Both the position numbers and the translations under genes were made by a program. Shown here piece after piece: positions 60,787 to 64,000 of a DNA stretch of 64,000 nucleotides. The notes under the pieces are model-generated. The model did not search any database. It saw nothing but the letters and a program-made list of their open reading frames with translations, and was not told where the DNA came from. How positions within the stretch are numbered: the stretch's first letter is position 1; every line of letters starts with the position of its first letter. Source of the DNA: an uncultured delta proteobacterium (GTDB lineage Bacteria; Desulfobacterota; Binatia; UBA9968); NCBI GenBank assembly GCA_963760795.1, contig CAVXEP010000017.1, positions 80,805 through 144,804 of the forward strand. The letters run 5' to 3'.

Positions 60787-62030
60787 TGGACAAACCCGTC
60801 CGCGTCGGGGGCGCTCCCAAACCCACCGAATGAATGTTGAACCACGTCGATTTCAAAGGCAGATTGAATATGATCGTACTCACCGCCGGTTACCGTCGAT
60901 CCCATCGGATTAGATAGCCACAATCCCGTGACATAGCGGCCAGGATTGAGATGGAGGTTATTAATCCTTAATTTGATTAAGTTGCGGCCTTTTTTTAGCC
61001 TTACCGTCTGACCAAGGCGAACGGTATCTGCATTGACCAGCTTAGTACCGGAAAGGGAATATAGCGTTACAGCTAGGCTACCCACCGTACGGTCTTCATC
61101 GGATTCAATAGCGAGACAGAATTCCAGCGGGCCGTCCGCATAGGGACTGTAGGCCACTGCGTCATTAAAGCTTGTGTATTGAGCCGCCACAAACTGCACC
61201 TGTCCGCTGCCGGTACGACTCATCTGAGTCAGCTCGATCCATTCATTGGGCGCTACTTTGTAGCCGTGATGAGATAAGTAACGTGCAACAATACTAGCCG
61301 TGTCGCCATTGGCAACCAACCTGCCGTCTTCGATCAGCAAACATTTGGAACACAGCCGTTGGATTGCGTCTAAATTGTGGCTCACGAACAAAATGGCTCG
61401 GCCCTGCCCGTTAGCCAGATCGTGGATCTTGGCAACGCATTTCTTTTGGAACTCCACGTCTCCCACCGCCAGCACCTCGTCAACAATCAAAACCTCCGGG
61501 TCCAGATGCGCGGCGACAGCAAATGCGAGACGCACATACATACCACTGGAGTAGCGCTTCACGGGTGTATCGATGAACTTCGCCGTCTCCGCGAAATCCA
61601 CGATGTCGTTAAACTTGCTGGCGACCTCGGCTTTTTTCATTCCTAAAATGGCGCCATTAAGATATATATTTTCTCGTCCGGTTAGCTCGGGATGAAAGCC
61701 GATGCCCACCTCCAGAAGAGACGCCATCCGGCCGTAAATTTCTGCATAGCCGATTGTTGGCTCGGTGATGCGAGAAAGGATCTTAAGTAGGGTACTTTTC
61801 CCAGCGCCGTTACGACCAATGATGCCGACCACTTCACTTTCTTTGACTTCGAAAGAGACATCTTTGAGGGCCCAAATGGTTTCCGTGCCCCGACAAGGGT
61901 GACCGCTACGTTGAAAAACCGTCTTTAAGCCATCCACCATCTGATCTCGCAAAGTATCATAGCGCAATTTAGCCGCGCCAATCTCATATCGCTTGGAGAG
62001 GTTCTTTACTCGGATTGCAATATCGCCCAT
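60756..62030 (-). CDS. wzt: Polysaccharide/polyol-phosphate ABC exporter ATP-binding subunit with C-terminal Wzt_C extension
   Basis: WALKDVSF, GRNGAGKST, LLEVGIGFHPELTGREN, YSSGM, VDEVLAVGD, FVSH, plus a ~170-aa beta-rich C-terminal domain. Confidence 0.93.
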   Translation of the reverse strand: MGDIAIRVKNLSKRYEIGAAKLRYDTLRDQMVDGLKTVFQRSGHPCRGTETIWALKDVSFEVKESEVVGIIGRNGAGKSTLLKILSRITEPTIGYAEIYGRMASLLEVGIGFHPELTGRENIYLNGAILGMKKAEVASKFNDIVDFAETAKFIDTPVKRYSSGMYVRLAFAVAAHLDPEVLIVDEVLAVGDVEFQKKCVAKIHDLANGQGRAILFVSHNLDAIQRLCSKCLLIEDGRLVANGDTASIVARYLSHHGYKVAPNEWIELTQMSRTGSGQVQFVAAQYTSFNDAVAYSPYADGPLEFCLAIESDEDRTVGSLAVTLYSLSGTKLVNADTVRLGQTVRLKKGRNLIKLRINNLHLNPGRYVTGLWLSNPMGSTVTGGEYDHIQSAFEIDVVQHSFGGFGSAPDADGFVHCQFEVVEAD

Positions 62031-62054
62031 AGGATCTCGCTATACGGGACAGCT

Positions 62055-62084
62055 TGTAGGGGCACGGAATGCCGTGCCCCTACA
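62055..62084. repeat. GTAG-type REP-like palindrome
   Basis: TGTAGGGGCACGG-aatg-CCGTGCCCCTACA, perfect 13-bp stem. Confidence 0.8.
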
Positions 62085-63030
62085 CATCATTGTACTCGCC
62101 GATTCGCCACTGATTGTTGAACATTCACAAGCACTTGTGGTTAGATGACGAATATCTCTGCGCCACGCAGCTACCCTCAGATTGCACGTGAGGGCGGTGG
62201 GCCAGCCCGCTTAGCCATCATCCACGCTTATACCATGAGCAAACTTGACTAACCAATAGCCATGCCAATCAAGTACTTTCGAGGAGTTTCAGGATCCGGC
62301 GTGTCGTGACGTATGGTAGAAATTCTTGACGGGTAGGGCTTGCACCGAAATCGTATTAGAGGTTACGAAGTCGACGGAGCCGCTGGAAAGCACACAGCGG
62401 ACAATAGAAAGTAGGGGGAATGCCAAGCCGCGATCATGGGTACGATTCACATGATAACGGCATGGCCGTCGTCACTATAGCGATGAAGTAAAAATGTGCA
62501 ACATGCCCTCATACGATTCCATTGATTCGCGTTTTAGAAACGCGAAGCCCTCGTGCCATTTTAGGACTGAACTGTACGCTACAGTCCAATCTCGCGGGAT
62601 TAAGTCACCCGAAAATGGATTCAATCCTATTGGTGCTTTACTGTGCCCGTCGCGTGCCCAAACCATCAAAGCACAGCGAGCACAACCAGGCACCAGGGAA
62701 ATCGAAACTGGAATATTTTTGCCGGGGGATGTTGCGTGATCGAGACTCTGCGGAAAAACGAAATAGAGAACTCAAATCTGATAGGGTCCCTACTGCGGTA
62801 AACGTAGTTAGGAACGACCCGCGCTTGGCGCATCGCTAGTAGAGCGCGTGGGAACGGAGCGGGGCACCTATGGGTCTGGGGCAAACGAAACCGTTTCAGT
62901 TTTTGCGGGAATTGATGGGCGTTAGTCGGGACTATTAGCCAAGAGCATCGGCACGCCGTAAACGATGTAAGCGTGGTAACTGCTGTAAGTTACAGGCGCT
63001 TTTACATACTGCCCCGTTTCTTATCGGTCC

Positions 63031-63062
63031 GGTTCAAATCCGCTCGCCCCGACTATTTTTCT
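63031..63062 (+). repeat. attR: duplicated 3' end of tRNA-Pro
   Basis: GGTTCAAATCCgCTCGCCCCGACtATTTTTCT vs GGTTCAAATCCaCTCGCCCCGACcATTTTTCT at 45843-45874 (30/32). Confidence 0.88.
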
Positions 63063-63146
63063 GCGTCGGTCTTGCACATGTTTTCACCCACCGTTAGCTA
63101 TTTTTGTACGTGCAAGTTCAGTGAACGGTCGTGGTTTTTGCGATTC

Positions 63147-63883
63147 CTACCAACCGAATAGGTAACTAAGCCGAACGGTAACTTGATGCATCCCTTGGAG
63201 ATCAACTTTGTTGATGACGGGGCCGAGACCACTACCTAAACCGCCCACAGAGTGCTTTGCCGAACCAAGGCCTAAGTAATTGTATTCGGTTCCTCAGAAT
63301 GATGTTGGGTGTGACTCGGAAGTCGATTCCTGGCCCCATGACGAATCCGTGGTGGCGTTCTGAGCTCCTTCCATCACCTTGTTCTACACCGACGGTATCA
63401 ACCAAACGGGTTTTGACGCTACCGGAGGCGTAGCCGACTTTGAGATATGCCAGCCATTTATCGGTCGCATAACCGGCGCGCAGAGCGGATGAGAATAGGT
63501 GATTGATCCTTGTCGTATATTCATCGTGGCCCAACCCGGTATTGCTTCTCGACCCATCGTGAAAATAGCCAGCGGAATATGCGGGTTCGATCCCGAAAAC
63601 CAGCGATCCAAGTTGATAATTGACACCTAGGTGGCCACCGCCGAACACGCCGCTAATCGGGTGCGAGGTAATGCGGGCTCCCTGACTATAGTCGACAACT
63701 GGCGATGGTGCGCTGATGCTTTTCCAAACGGCCCGATCCCAACCGTAACCCAAATGGCCACCGACGTAGAGACCGGTCCAAGATGGTTGATTTGTTAGCT
63801 TGTTCATTCAGCGGCTCAGCAGCAAGTGCTGGGCCCGTCAGTAAGACAACAACGGTAGTGATTACAACGATGATTCGTGCCAT
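63147..63883 (-). CDS. Outer-membrane beta-barrel protein, Omp25/Omp31/RopB-like (frameshifts near 63805 and 63290)
   Basis: Signal peptide MARIIVVITTVVVLLTGPALA; SWTGLYVGGHLGYGW, GGHLGVNYQLG, RAGYA, LAYLKVGYA; C-terminus VRLSYLFGW ends at 63147. Confidence 0.8.
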
Positions 63884-64000
63884 TAGATACTCCTAATGTT
63901 TATATAACTCAATTTTAAAAAAATAGACAGATTTAAATTCTTACGTTGAGAGACGGACTCCACAAAAAACCGAATTTTTAACAGTGCTGCCCCAACAATT

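Larger units (their letters stand above)
45843..63062. mobile_element. tRNA-Pro-integrated genomic island (~17.2 kb), apparently immobilised
   Basis: 32-bp direct repeat with 2 mismatches at 45843-45874 and 63031-63062; integrase remnant beside the tRNA; IS3; accessory glycan genes. Confidence 0.8.

Noticed and set aside
62253-62267. Sigma54 promoter upstream of wzt (TGGCATGGCTATTGG, minus strand)
   Set aside because: The -12 element is GG rather than GC and lies over 200 bp from the start; too weak to list as a feature.
62475-63161. Short ORFs in the wzt-attR interval
   Set aside because: They overlap on both strands, have no motifs or clear RBS, and are more consistent with non-coding att-arm or regulatory DNA.

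Overview
Bacterial chromosomal window of moderately high GC. The gene set and order suggest a Deltaproteobacteria-like lineage (possibly Ca. Binatia; inference only). From left to right: (1) a minus-strand enzyme operon (B12-dependent radical SAM, SDR, FAD-linked oxidase, haem-oxygenase-like diiron protein, O-methyltransferase running off the left edge) with a divergent orphan ABC permease; (2) an envelope-modification block (UPF0182; acyl-adenylating enzyme, ACP, MBOAT and LtaS-like operon; DedA, uppP, ArnT-like); (3) two exported proteins built from 24-aa DxxxDG hairpin repeats, encoded in line with TonB/TolA-ExbB-ExbD and next to a VWA protein; (4) aroC-K-B-Q downstream of a type IV pilus locus (HTH-pilMNOPQ, then a sigma54-type fimT-pilVWX-pilY1-TPR cassette); (5) priA-def-fmt-rsmB-rpe; (6) tRNA-Pro(CGG) followed by a ~17 kb integrated island. 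The island is bounded by a 32-bp repeat of the tRNA 3' end (45843-45874 and 63031-63062) and holds an integrase remnant, an IS3 element, an SDR fragment and an 11-gene glycan synthesis/export cluster; an Omp25-like gene lies just beyond it. Many genes, including housekeeping ones, carry single-base frameshifts, most likely read or assembly errors. No CRISPR array or rRNA was seen. All calls come from motif recognition by eye; no database searches were run.
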